A stretch of 64,000 nt of DNA from Hemiscyllium ocellatum (lineage: Eukaryota): the NCBI RefSeq assembly GCF_020745735.1, contig NC_083426.1:12524001-12588000 (forward strand), read 5' to 3'. Position numbers and translations under genes: made by a program. The notes beneath the pieces were generated by a model, which was not told where the DNA came from, searched no databases, and saw only the letters and a list, made by a program, of their open reading frames with translations. Numbering within the stretch: the first letter of the stretch is position 1; each line of letters opens with the position of its first letter. Shown here piece after piece: positions 21,637-33,739 of the stretch.

Positions 21637-24229
21637 CTGGGGAAATAATGTTTCAGAAATTGAACAAGAATGAAATTCTTAATACAAATAAATATAACTC
21701 AGTATGTTGTGCCCCTGTAAAGAGGGGAAACTGCACTATATCTGTGACAAATATATGACGATATATGTTAGATATTCAGTTGGCACAACATCGAGGGTTA
21801 AAGGGCCTGTACTGGGCTGGAATGTTCGATGTTCTGTGTTGGGGAGTACAATCTGGAATGATAAGGCAGAAGTGGGATCTTCAGCCCATTGAGAAGGTCA
21901 TGGCTGATCTGGCTGTGTTCGGAATTTCACTTTCCCATTCATCCCTGATTGCATTTGAATCCTGCAACAAATGGACCCTAAACCTTTTGATTACTTGGAT
22001 TGGGACAAAAATTATGGTTATTTCTGTGGAGTTTAATTTTATGGTCATGCAATTTAAAAATCATTTATGCATCTGCATAAACATTATTATAGTGGATAGT
22101 TTATCAAAACACATACAAAAAACACAATTTCTGTAATTCAAGTGGAATTATATTTAAAAAAAGGTTGTCATTAAACTTATTGCAAGTCTTAATGTCATTA
22201 CATGATTACCATAAACAAAATGCAAACATAAGGTTTTATCAAAATAATTTTTAATGTAAAATGGCACTGAATGATTGTGGGAGGAAACCGGAGCAAACAC
22301 ATGCAGACACGGGGAGAATGTGCAAACTCCAAACAGAGAGTCGCCTGAGGCAGGAATTGAACCTAGGTCTCTGGCGCTGTGAGGCAGTAGTGCTAACCAC
22401 TGTGCCACCATGCCGATGAAAGGCATCTGTACATATATGCATGTAAACATAATGTATATGCATCATTTTTAGTGATTGGATTTCAAATTGTTGGCATTTG
22501 GGTGTTGGTCACTCTTGTGACATAGTTATTGACAGGGCTATAAAAGACAACGTCAGAGTGACCTTTCCAGAATAATGATCCAATCCACACATGTCAAAGA
22601 GCAGAGAGGAGTCTGCATACCTTCTGGAGTGTTAAAAGATTATTGTTGATGCTGTGGAGTTTACGACAGGGTGGATAAATATTGAAAGGCACTTGCTTGC
22701 TTTTTGATTCAAATAATTATTGATTTACTTTAGCTCAGAAAAATACAGTCAGTCAAATCTTTTGGAGCAGGATTTGGTGGGGACCGTCATGGTGTCAAAG
22801 GCAAATATATTTTCTCAACTAAATTGCAAAGTACAGTTACCTCAATGTCAAGGCTTAATTTGAAAAATTTCCAAGCCTGAATTACAGATCTGTCACACAA
22901 CAGATGCAATGTATTAGAGAAACCGAGATTGCTGTCGAGTCTGTAATCACGTAGAATGGGGATGCAGGTTTTGATTGATTAATATGTAAATCCCAGAATT
23001 TCTCTGAAATTCCCACCCCGTGTATCTTTAGGTTTTATCCATCAATAAAATGTGACATCTCAGCTCAGGCAATGCATTAAAGGTATGAGGTTAGAGTCTG
23101 TGTCCCAACCTGGAGTCAGACTCATTTTATTTTGAAAATAGGAATTTACAAATTGTCACATTGTCTGGCTGTCAATAGATTGTATACTTTTTGAACAAAA
23201 TAAAAACCATCTGCAAATACAAATTTGCAAATGCATTTCACCCCATCGATTTATATGTGTATGTGTTTGTGTTTGTGAAAATTCAGGGGAAATGTTATTA
23301 TAACTTCATTAGGATGTCCAATGTGTGTATCCTCATCCAACTGTCATTGGCACAACCAAGGAGCCTTACACATTGCAGACTATCTCCTCACAGACTGACA
23401 ATTCAGTGTATGGCCATTGTAACTGAGGATTGCTGCCTTCCACTGTTTGCCATGCAGTGCATTACAGAAATACCAAACCCAAGTGGCCCTTTAAAATGTA
23501 CTCGTCTGATTACATTCATCTCATTAATGAGATACTAACTCACTTGTCTCTCTACCCAACAACATTTACATTGTCTTCATTCTAGATTAGGACATATGAC
23601 TATCTTATCCAATGAGATTTAAACGAGGGCATGGACAGGGCGAACAGCCAAGGTCTTTTTCCTCTCTGGCAGTGTCCAGATCTAAAGGTCATAGGTTGAA
23701 GGTGAGAGGGAAAAGATTTCAAAATGACCTGAGGAGTAACCTTTTCACACTGAGGGTGGGTGAGTGCATGAAATGAGCTGCCAGAGGAAGTGGTGGATGC
23801 TGGTACAATGACAGCATTTAACAGCATGAGGTCGTCATAGAGAGAGATGAGGCAGGACCAGAGTAGGCCATTCAGTCCCTCGAGGCTCCTTCAGCATTCA
23901 CCTGGATCAGAGCAGATCTTCCACCTGAATACCATGCTTTCTTGCACTATGCCTCATACCCTCTATAGTATATTTTTATTAGCCAGAACATTATTGATCT
24001 CTGTTTTGAATACACTCAAGGCTGGAGCCTCCAGAGCTCTCTGGGACAGAGAATTCCAACAAACCATCACCCTCTGAGTGAAGAAATTCCTGCTCATCTC
24101 AGTCCCAAATGATCAACCCATTCTTCTCAAACTGTGTCTCCTGCTTCAAAACCCCTCCACCCAGGGCCACCTCATTGATGGGGAACTTAGAGTGCTCAAA
24201 ATCATTCTTGTAAAGGCCATGATGCTCAC

Positions 24230-24320
24230 CTAATGTTTTCGTGTAAACATTGTGACTGAAACAGAACAAATCACCAGGAGAGTGAAGAGTACCCAGCGTA
24301 TCACATCCCAGACAACGTAA
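24230..24320 (-). pseudogene. Orphan activating-type TM exon
   Basis: ttttacacag|T TAC...CAT TAG|gtgagc; YVVWDVIRWVLFTLLVICSVSVTMFTRKH*; no Ig exon found upstream on this strand. Confidence 0.75.
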
Positions 24321-24397
24321 CTGTGTAAAATGGAGAAATACAAAATCATTTGAAGGAAACAACGCCGCTTCATACTTCAAACATATATTCCTTTGAA

Positions 24398-24705
24398 AGA
24401 TTAGATTCCCTACAGTATGGAAACAGGCCCTTCGGTGCAACAAGTCTGCACTGACCCTCTGCAGAGTAACCCACCTCGACCCATTCCCCTACATTTACCC
24501 TGAATATGGGCAATTCAAGATGGCTAGTTCACTTAACGTGCATGTCTTTGGATAGTGGGAGGAAAGCAGAGTACCCAGAGGAAACCCACGCAGATATGGG
24601 GAGAATGTGCAAACCCCACACAGCAGTCACCCGATTTGGGAATCAAACCCAGGTCCCTGGCTGTGTGAGGCAGCAGTGCTAACCACTGAGCCACCACGCC
24701 GCCCA
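24398..24705 (-). mobile_element. tRNA-derived SINE (HE1/V-SINE-like)
   Basis: Full head and core; absent from the paralogous site near 38130. Confidence 0.8.
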
Positions 24706-24869
24706 TGTTAACCTGTTACACTGCAGTATAATGTAGCAAAGTAAAGCAGCAAAGCTGATGCAGTAACGTGGGAAAATTAAATTATAATTTATTTTACTAA
24801 AATCATAAACAACATATAAAGGTCAAATGAAAGAATCCTCTGTGGTATGTCCTGTAAAAGTATTTATAC

Positions 24870-24972
24870 CTGATGAGGTAGTCTTTGTATTAGCTCCTGT
24901 CAGATGCAGACAAGGCGGGGCTAGTACTGACAAATCAGCAGATGTTCAGAACAGTTTCTGGTCTGATTGTGC
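24870..24972 (-). pseudogene. Probable decayed stalk exon upstream of the orphan TM
   Basis: tgtaag|GC ACA...ATC AG|gtataa; 103 nt, phase 1 to 2 as the TM exon requires; GTIRPETVLNIC*FVSTSPALSASDRS*YKDYLI with two stops. Confidence 0.4.
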
Positions 24973-25059
24973 CTTACATACACAGTAATGAACAGTAGAT
25001 AAAGGTTAAATGAAACAAGTTGCAGTAACACGTCCTGTAATGGTCAGCTCAACGTTATA

Positions 25060-26940
25060 TGTGAGGATTATATCCCCTCATGCTGGCAATCACCATCCGA
25101 GGAAAAAGGCACTCACTATCCACTCTGTCTCACCCTCTGATTGTCTTATATGTCCCAATCAACTCACCTCTCAATCTTCTTTTCTAGAACAAAAGCACCC
25201 TCAAAACCATCAGCATTTCCTCATAACACCTTCCCTCTATACCAGTCATGGTCCTAGTAAATCTCCTCTGAACTCTTCCACATCCTTCCCATAATGTGGT
25301 GACCAGAACTGTACACAATACAACAAGTGCGGCTGCACCAGAGTTTTCTACAGCTGCAGAATGACCGCATTGTTCTGAAACTCAATCCCTCTACCAATAA
25401 AAGCTAACACACCTTGTGCCTTCGTAACAACCCTATCAACCTGGGTGGCAACTTTCAAGGAGCTATGTACATGGACACCAAGATCTCTCTGCTCATTTAC
25501 ACTACCAAGAATCTTACAATTAGCCCAGTACTCTGCATTCCTGTTACTCCTTCCAAAGCAAATCACCTCACACTTATCTGCATTAAACTCTATTTGCTAC
25601 CTCTCAGCCCTGCTCAGCAGCTTATCTACTTCCCTCTATAACATACAACATCCTTCATCACTACCCGCAACTCCACCAAATTCAGTATCATACGTAAATT
25701 TACTAACCCATCCTTCTATGCACTCATCCAAGTCATTTATAAAAATGACAAACACCAGTGGACCCAAAACAGATTCTTGAGGTACTCCACTGGTAACTGA
25801 CATTCAGGATGGATATATTTCAACCACAACCCTCTGTCTTCTTTCAGTTTGCCAATTTCTAATCCAGACCATTAACTCTCCATCAATCCCATGACTCTGC
25901 ATTTTATGCAAAAGCCTACCGTAGGGAGCCTTCTCAAACACCTTCCTGAAATCCATATCCACCACATCAACTGTTTTACCCTCATCCACCTGATTTGTAA
26001 TCTTCTGAAAGAACTCAATAAAGTTTGTGAGACATGACCTATCCTTCACAAACTACATTGGTGTTGACTATACCTCATCACCTTTTTCATTTCTAGATGA
26101 TTAATGATCCTATCTCTTATAACCCCTTCCAACGCTATACCGACAACTGAAGTAAGACTCACTGGTCTATAATTACCGGGGTTGTCTCTACTCCCTTTTT
26201 CAACAACGGAACAACATTTGCCACCCTCCAGTCTTCTGGTACTATTCCTGGAGACAATAATGACATAAAGATCATAGCCAAAGGCTCACAATCTCCTTCT
26301 CAGCTTCCCAGAAAATCCATGGATAAATTCCATCTGGCCCAGAAGACTTTTCTATTTTAATACTTTCCAGAATTGCTAACACCCCATTCTTGTGAACCTC
26401 AATCCCATCCTGTAGCTCAGCATTCTCCTCAACAACATTGTCTTTTTCTAATGTGAATACTGATGAAAAGTAATCATTGTGTGCTTTTCCTATCTCCTCT
26501 GACTCCACGCACAAATTACCCTACTATTCTTGATTCGCCCTCATCTTGCTCTAGTTGTTCTTTTATTCATGATATAGCTGTAGAAAGCCTTAGGGTTTTC
26601 CTTGATGCTATTTCCAACAACTTCTCATGTCCCCTCCTGGCTCTTCTTAACTCTCTCTTTAGGTCTTTCCTGACTAACCTGTAACTCTCAAGTGCCCTTA
26701 CTGGGCCATCACATCTCATCCGAACATATACCTACTTCTTCGTCATGACAAGACATTTACTTTCCTGAATAAACCACGGCTCCTGCACTCAACAACTTCT
26801 TCCCTGCCTCATAGATCCCCGCAATAGCTGTTCCTTGAATAAGTTCCGCATTTCAATTGTGCCCATCCCTTGCAGTTTCCTTCCCCATCCTATGCATCTT
26901 CAATCTTGACTATCACATTGTAATTGCCTTGCCCCCTGCT
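25060..26940 (-). mobile_element. Long CR1 ORF2 relic
   Basis: ORFs 25804-26049 (SCLTNFIEFF...DVVDMDFRKVFEKAPY) and 26272-26514 (KSSGPDGIYP). Confidence 0.88.
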
Positions 26941-27429
26941 CTAACTCTTACCCTTGGGATATACCTCTCCCTAGGACAGGCAAAAACTGAGAGAAGCTTT
27001 GTCAATTAATCTACAGAGCACATTCCAAAGGACCAGAAAAAGAGTTCTTGCTTAAACTGCTGTAAACTGGAGCTAACGTTCCTACAGCACAGAACATTCC
27101 AGATAGTCCCGGAACTGTGTGACAAATAACTCAGGCGTCAAAGAATATATCACCAAGTGTTATAATGGGGGACATTAACAACCTCTTCCAAAAGCCTTCA
27201 AAGCTTATGGACTTTGTCATTGGGAGGGAGATGGATGTCACAGTGACTCACCACCAGAGTTCTACACCCCGACTGGTGCTCCAATCCTTTGGTTCTGCCA
27301 ATGACGTGTGGATGAGGGTACACATCCTGGACATCCTAATGGCGTTATGACATGGACAATAGTTCCCATGAATTTTCATACACACTCTCTCTCACTCACA
27401 CACATACATAAACAAACACACTGTCCCAT

Positions 27430-28020
27430 ACGGTGTGTTGGCATTTATCAACAGGGGGCTTGAGTTTCGGTTATGCTTCAGCTGTACAAGACACTGGTAA
27501 GGCTGCACCTGGAGTATTCTGTGCAGATCAGGTCACCGCATAATAGGAGGGACGTGGAAGCATTGGAAATGGTTCAGAGGAGATTTAGGAGGATGTTGCC
27601 TGGTATATGGAAGGAAGGTCTTATGAGGTAAGGCTGAGGGAACTGAGGCTGTTTTTGTTGGATGGAAGAAGCTTGAGGGGTGACTTTATTGAGTCATATA
27701 CTATAATCAGAGCTTTACATAGGGTGAACAGTGAGAGCCTTTTTCCTTGGATAGTGATGGCTAACACGAGAGGACAGAGCTTTAAATTGAGGGGTGATAG
27801 ATTTAGGACTAATGTAGGGGTAGTTTCCTCACTCAGAGAGTAGAAGTGATGTGGAACGGCCTGCCTATAACAGTAGTAGACTCGTCCATATTGAGGGCAT
27901 TTAAATGGGCATTGGACATACACACTGATAATTAGATGGGTGTAGATTAGATGGGAATCAGATTAGTTTCGCAGGTCAGCACAAAATGGAGGGCCAAAGA
28001 TCCTTTAGTGTGCTGTAACA
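27430..28020 (+). mobile_element. CR1 3' fragment
   Basis: ORF 27607-27843 is the CR1 C-terminus (SYEVRLRELRLF..RSLRGDFIE). Confidence 0.8.
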
Positions 28021-29039
28021 TCCTATATTCTGTGTTCTATATATGTACACTGTCTCTCCCTCACACACATACACACATCTCCTCATCTATGATGTCGTTA
28101 GCTTCACGCTCAATCATTCCAACATCATTCCAGCTGAGATTGAATCTTCCAACTTACACTCATCTATTTCTCTCCTCCAGTTTTACATTTTTGAAGGTGC
28201 TATATGAATGCAACTTGCCATATTCAATAACTCACTAATGACAAGGTTTTGAAAGAAATGAATGTGCCTCTCAGCTCACTGTATTTAGAAAGCTGAAAAT
28301 CCACCTATCATTCTGAAATAATTTGAACTTTTATCCCACATCCTACAATTCAAGTTAACTTCAATGGAATTGAATAATGCTAAAATTTTATCAAACTAAA
28401 TTTAAATCTGGTAAAAAAGTTTTCCTCCCAAAATTATTTCATTTCTAAAAATGTTTCAGTCTGCAGCATGCTGTGTGTGAATGGTTCATTGTAAATGAAC
28501 ACACATTCAGTTTGGGCCCATTCCATTAAGCCTTCAAACAGGTTCCTGGTCAATGAGAAATGTAACTGAGAAATATAGAAACCCGACAGTGCAGAACGAG
28601 GCCATTTGACCCATCTGGTCTGCTCCAGGCATCTGAAGAACATCCCACCAGACCCAGAACCCCACTCTGTTCCCATAGCCACACATTTCCCATGGTTAAC
28701 CCACCAAACCTGTACATCCCTGGACACGATGGGCAATTCAGCGTGCCCATTCCACCTAACCTGCGTATTGGTAGACAGTGGGAAAAAAACTTTAACAACT
28801 TGAGGAAACCCACAGAGACAGATGAAAAATGTGCAAACTACACACAGGCAATCACCCCAAGGTTTGAAGTGAGCCCAGGTCACGGAGGCTGTGAGACAGC
28901 AGTGCTAACCACTGAGACACTGTGCTGTCCATTTTTGAGAAGTTGAAGTGTAAAAACAAGTTTCCACACTTGTTGCATGTTTTGATGTTCATTGTCATTT
29001 GGCACTATAAGAAAAATGTGAATATTTTCAAGAGGAATG

Positions 29040-29330
29040 TGTGTTTGATGCCCATGGATGTACAATGAGTGTACGTGTTAATCAACAGGATATTGTGGGT
29101 GGCACACTCTGGGTCATTCAAGGCTGTACTGAGAGTTTTCAGACCCAGCCCTTTGATCACAATCTCTGGGAAGGAAACCTCCTGGGACAGGCTCATGTCC
29201 ATGTTGTGGGTGGATCACTGCACCATTCCAGAGCAAATGGGACATCCACCCGAATGGGGGAGGGCTTTGTGGCAGCTCCAGGTCCTGCAATTTTCTATCT
29301 CAGAAGAACGGTCTTTTAAAAACTGCTGAG
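29040..29330 (+). mobile_element. Possible L1/Tx1-like endonuclease-linker relic (longer copy at 42230-42805)
   Basis: Frame reading DHCTIPEQMGHP..WGR..WQL resembles the DHC...GRG.WKL segment of Tx1/L1 ORF2; recognition from memory only. Confidence 0.3.
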
Positions 29331-29839
29331 TGACCGTCTACCAGGATATGGCTTTGACACTGAGCAAGTCACTTTACAGGATCCCTGACAACTTGATCAG
29401 ATATTTTTCACTTTGTTAATAACTGTTGCACTCACTGTTTCATCACAGACTCTAATTTTACAATCTGGTCCTATTTTTCCAACTGATTCTACAGTGTCCA
29501 TGTCATTCAGGGGCTGGGGGATCCCTGCTCTCTGTTTCTGACACTCAGACACTGGTGACCTGATTGCAGAGGAGTTTCATCCCCATTGGGGTATTAACCC
29601 CCAATTGTTTCCAAATGTTCTCCAGGAGTTTACCTAACGTGTTGTTTCTGTTTCCCAGACAGAGCATTGCGATGGTCCTCGTTGGTTCAGTCTCTGGGTA
29701 ATGACTCCAGTGACTCTCCTTCCATATTAAGGGTTAAGGTGGGGGCACTGCCTTCAGCATTGTGGCTGGGGGTGAGCACGGTTGGTGAAGGGTGTCAGCC
29801 CTTTTGATCTTCGAAGAATAATGTTTTAGGGTTAAATTC

Positions 29840-29984
29840 CACCCTCTGGCTCACTGTGGTCTCAGAAGCTGGTTTTCTATATCCTCTTCGTCATTTAACT
29901 CCTTGTAGACATTGCAGTACACACTTATTTCAAAGTGAGAAACAGAGCTGAGAGACTGACATCATGAACTTTGTGAATAAAACG
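29840..29984 (+). promoter_or_regulatory. Conserved proximal upstream module of gene C (paralogous to 44045-44201 and 53740-53915)
   Basis: Same approximately 150-bp non-repeat block precedes all three MWTL leaders; TGTGGT at 29855-29860. Confidence 0.55.
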
Positions 29985-30021
29985 ATGTGGACTTTGATTC
30001 TCCTCATCTGTTCCATTCCCG
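29985..30021 (+). CDS. Gene C leader (signal peptide) exon
   Basis: ATG TGG ACT...CCC G|gtgagt; MWTLILLICSIP, phase 1; an in-frame upstream ATG lies at 29964. Confidence 0.85.
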
Positions 30022-32007
30022 GTGAGTGATCATCTGAGTTGTATATTCAGATAATCAATGTCTGTTGAAGTCCACTGTGTGGTTTTTGCAGTGGACATGT
30101 TTAAATTGCTGAAGATGTATAAAGGGATAAAGGCAAGCTTATGGCACAATGGGTAACATTGTTATTGCCATGTCAAATGCTGAGAATTTGATTCTCATTC
30201 AGCACATTTTGCAAAGGAATGTGTATTCTCACAAAGCCAAACAGGATCATTATCAACCTGCAAATCCTTCCAACATGCCCAGGGCAGGGAGCAGGACTGG
30301 GTGAGGTTCCAAGTCATGATCATTCAATGCAGGTTGCCACCCTTCACATTGCAACGACTCAGGAAGTGATAAGCTGCAGGAAACAGACACAGCATGTGCT
30401 TTGTCTGCCCCATGCATACCTGTACAACATTACAAAATGTACGACTTCTGCTGAACATTTTATAATCCCAGGTAACAGAGTTCCCAAATTCTTCAGAGCA
30501 GCATTAATTATTAATTAAATAAAAAGGACAAGTAATGTTGATTTTAAATCAAAAATAAAGTATCATAATTATCTAATTTGTCCAAAATTTTCAATTTTCA
30601 GTAGCCACTAAAACAGGGATGGAAGTAAGCCCTCAAACAAAACATCTTGAGTTTGCTTTTATTTCTGTTATTTTAGTTTAGAAATGCAGTTCATTAAGTA
30701 TTCATCAGTGAGGCTCAGTCACAAAAGCAGATGGATGTTTTACACTTCTCTTTGCATAACAAAGCTTTTTTTCCTTTCAGTCTAACTTGAATCAAGTTGC
30801 TTACTATCTTTCAATCCCATTGGTTTACATGTTACAATGTAACACTGCAATAAAAGTATTGTTCATCATTGCAATCTCTCCATTAATGATTTTGAAACAC
30901 TCAAGATTAAAATTCCCAGTGTTGCATGACTCTAGGCTACAACACAATGAATTCTATTACATGAAACCTTCCTGAAACATGTTGTGCTCTGCCTACCAAC
31001 TTCATACAGAATACTTCACAGATGTGCATCCCTCTGTTTTCACAATTCTCTTTTTTTCAAAGCTTCCTTTATTCAATAAGGTCTGTGTTTCCTGGTTTTC
31101 ATCACCTTTCAGCATTCATGAATTTTCCTCCCTTTCTTCTCCCCTCTCCACCTCTTCACTGAGGTTTAAAACCCTTTTTGTCACTTTGCTTGAAAATTCT
31201 TCCCCACACAAAGGGCGGTTCTCCCAACAAGCCTGTTAGTCTGGTATTTATTGAAGTAAATTTACCCCGTCATCAACAGGCTGCTGCTCCTCTTCCACAC
31301 CGGGACACAATGTAGCAACAATTTAAACATTTTCTCATTAAGCATCACTCAAGAAAAGTCAGTAAATAATTCTGTTATTTTCCTCTCCTCACACTGACAA
31401 CAATGTGTGATTACAAACCATCCTGCCTTTACTGCCCTCGAGATCCTGCACATTGATCTCTCTCTCCCATTGTGAACCATTCTTTACTGAACTTCAACTC
31501 TCTTCCTCTCCCACATCAGGTCTCTCATCATCTTCCTGGATCACCTGTTGTATTTGCCCCTTGAGCCCTGGACATGTAGACCCTGAGCCCACCATGAGTC
31601 TACACACAGCCCCGTCTCCTCCCTGGATGAAACCCACCTTCTCCAGTCGGAGGAAGAACCCTTCAGCACCTGTGCCCTCTTTTATACTAATCCTCAACCG
31701 ACTCCAATCCAGGCCTGTCACTCAGGCTGCTCTCCAGGGGGACAACATTTTGATGATGTCACACACGGTGGAGTTAGAGCCCACAGCGGGCAGCACAAAC
31801 CCAATTTCAAGATTGTCCCAAAGCTCGACCAATGGGGTAACAAAATATCCCGACTGTTTCAATCATTCCCTGGGAATTTGGAACAGCCTGAGGTTGTGAT
31901 AAGGGATTAATTTCACCATGTGCGAGATGCAATGTAGCTGATTAAAACATATCTGTGTATATTAAGGAGTTTTTTCCTGTTAAATTTTTGAAATATTGTC
32001 TCCTCAG

Positions 32008-32322
32008 TTACAGGTGCTTTATGCGCAGACAAACACGTAACGGGAATATTGGGAAGAGCGATCACAATATCTTGTCACTAGGAAGCACGGTGGTACCAGT
32101 CACACATAAAATATTGGTGTCTCGGATGGACTCGCCAGTGTCATGTTAAAGCAAAGACAAATTGGCCAAATGGGAGAATATCAATCACTGACAACAAAAC
32201 ACAAGGAATATTTCTTGTCACAATGAAGAATCTTCAATGGGGAGATGCAGGATGGTACAGCTGTGGGATTGAGATTCCTGGCCATGACCCGATGTTTAAT
32301 GTAAAGCTGCACATCTCACATG
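32008..32322 (+). pseudogene. Gene C V exon with premature stop
   Basis: Canonical splice sites, 315 nt; ...ITISCH*EARWYQSHIKYWCLGWTRQC...DAGWYSCG; TAG at 32079-32081 where paralogs encode Tyr. Confidence 0.88.
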
Positions 32323-32456
32323 GTAAATGTCTCAGTGATTTTTTAAAATTACTCTCATCTGATATATCTGATCAGTGTTTTATCCAGGAAGAAAATTGAC
32401 CAAGTGTTGAAGAATATTTGATCTTTAATCTGTCAATAATTGTTTCTTTCCCACAG

Positions 32457-32993
32457 AAGCTGTCTCTGTTCTTGGACTTCAATATTTATCCCGAAATAAT
32501 GCCTTATGTTTTGAGGGATCAGTGACAGTCTCCTGTGAGTCTGCCCAAGGATCCCGCCCCATTCACTACACATGGTCTGAGAAGAGCTGAAAATGTGTTG
32601 CTGGAAAAGCGCAGTAGGTCAGGCAGCATCCAAGGAGCAGGAGAATCGATGTTTTGGGCCTGAAGAAGGGCTCATACCCGAAACGCCGATTCTCCTGCTC
32701 CTTGGATGCTGCCTGACCTGCTGCGCTTTTCCAGCAACACGTTTTCAGCTCTGATCTCCAGCATCTGCAGTCCTCACTTTCTCCATGGTCTGAGAAGACC
32801 CCATCTCAAGATTCAAAGATCTCTGACACCAATAAACTGGATCTACATTGTCAAACCTTCACACAGCAACATCATCAATATTACTGCACAGCCTCAAATT
32901 CTCAGGGAACAAAACCCAGTGAAATTTTTCTTGCATCAGTCCACATTGTAACAGAGAAGAACTGCAGTTATAAAATAAAAACCAATGGCATCA
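32457..32993 (+). pseudogene. Gene C C2 exon disrupted by a 198-bp insertion
   Basis: ccacag|AA GCT...ATC A|gtaagt; the insertion 32586-32783 brings TGA at 32588-32590. Confidence 0.88.
32586..32783 (+). mobile_element. Penelope-derived element with inverted arms, hammerhead-like centre and 15-bp TSD
   Basis: catggtctgagaaga at 32571-32585 and 32784-32798; centre CTGAAGA-AGGG-CTCATA-CCC-GAAA-CGCC. Confidence 0.8.
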
Positions 32994-33739
32994 GTAAGTG
33001 TGATACACATGTTTATTATCTCATTCTGCAAAACTGAAATTTATAAAATGCACTCCACTTGTTTCATTGTCAGTTCTGATTTAAACCAATACTCTGTACC
33101 GTAGTTGGAAAATGAACAGGTACATAAAATATTATCCACAGCATGGATAAACCTTGCAACAACTCCAATAATCCCCACAAATTAAAATAATGTTTAATTG
33201 ACAGGTAAGTTACATTTTTCCTAACAGATGGAATTTTCAGTTCAGTACGTGACTTTTGTGTCCAGATTTCGGACAGATATTGGGGATAGAGTGGAGATCA
33301 GTTGTACAATGAAATGTCTGTAAATATTGCCTGCAGCCATTTCCTGATCTGATCTGTTTGAGCTGTCAGAGAAGAAGCAAGCCAGCATCAAGTCGAAGAG
33401 ACACACGGGAACTGTATTTGGAACTATCAGCAGCAGCTCATGTGGCTGCACTCTCACTTTTGATGCCAGCATGTTGGGGGTTCCAGTTCCCCTTCGGGGT
33501 TAAAATTCAGCTGGATCCCACTGCCCAGCAGAGAGAAGTAATGCTGTGCTGTGGCAGGTGAGATAGTGTCGATAAGGTGAGAAACTGAGAACCTGTTCCC
33601 CCTTTAGGAATGGCACCATTTGTAAACTATTTAAGGAATAGAGGTTCTCCTGGTATCCAAGCAAGCATTCATTCTTCAATCAATGTTACTAAACATTTCA
33701 ATGGCATTGGCTGCTGCAAATTAACTTCAACTTATTAGA

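Larger units (their letters stand above)
22890..24800 (-). repeat. Inverted segmental duplicate of about 37140-40650
   Basis: Long co-linear reverse-complement identity covering the TM exon and non-repeat flanks. Confidence 0.85.
28060..33170 (+). repeat. Direct segmental duplicate of about 41140-47970 (gene C versus gene D unit)
   Basis: Co-linear similarity of upstream region, leader, intron 1, V, C2 and the following intron. Confidence 0.85.

Noticed and set aside
23847-24077. Matching ORFs at 23847-24077 and 38421-38738 suggesting a conserved small gene
   Set aside because: They lie within the inverted duplication and consist of CR1/SINE tail sequence; identity reflects duplication.
31494-31721. 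ORF SRLRISIKEGTGAEGFFLRLEKV read as an antisense Ig V domain
   Set aside because: No Cys/Trp framework or D.G.Y.C motif, and the paralogous copy does not keep the frame; retained only as an unexplained relic.
33228-33557. 330-nt segment between a good acceptor (cctaacag) and donor (gcag|gtgaga) after the gene C C2 exon, with GDRVEISC in one frame
   Set aside because: The phase-1 frame has five stops, no full Ig motif set can be assembled, and I see no counterpart in AB or D; at best a heavily decayed exon.
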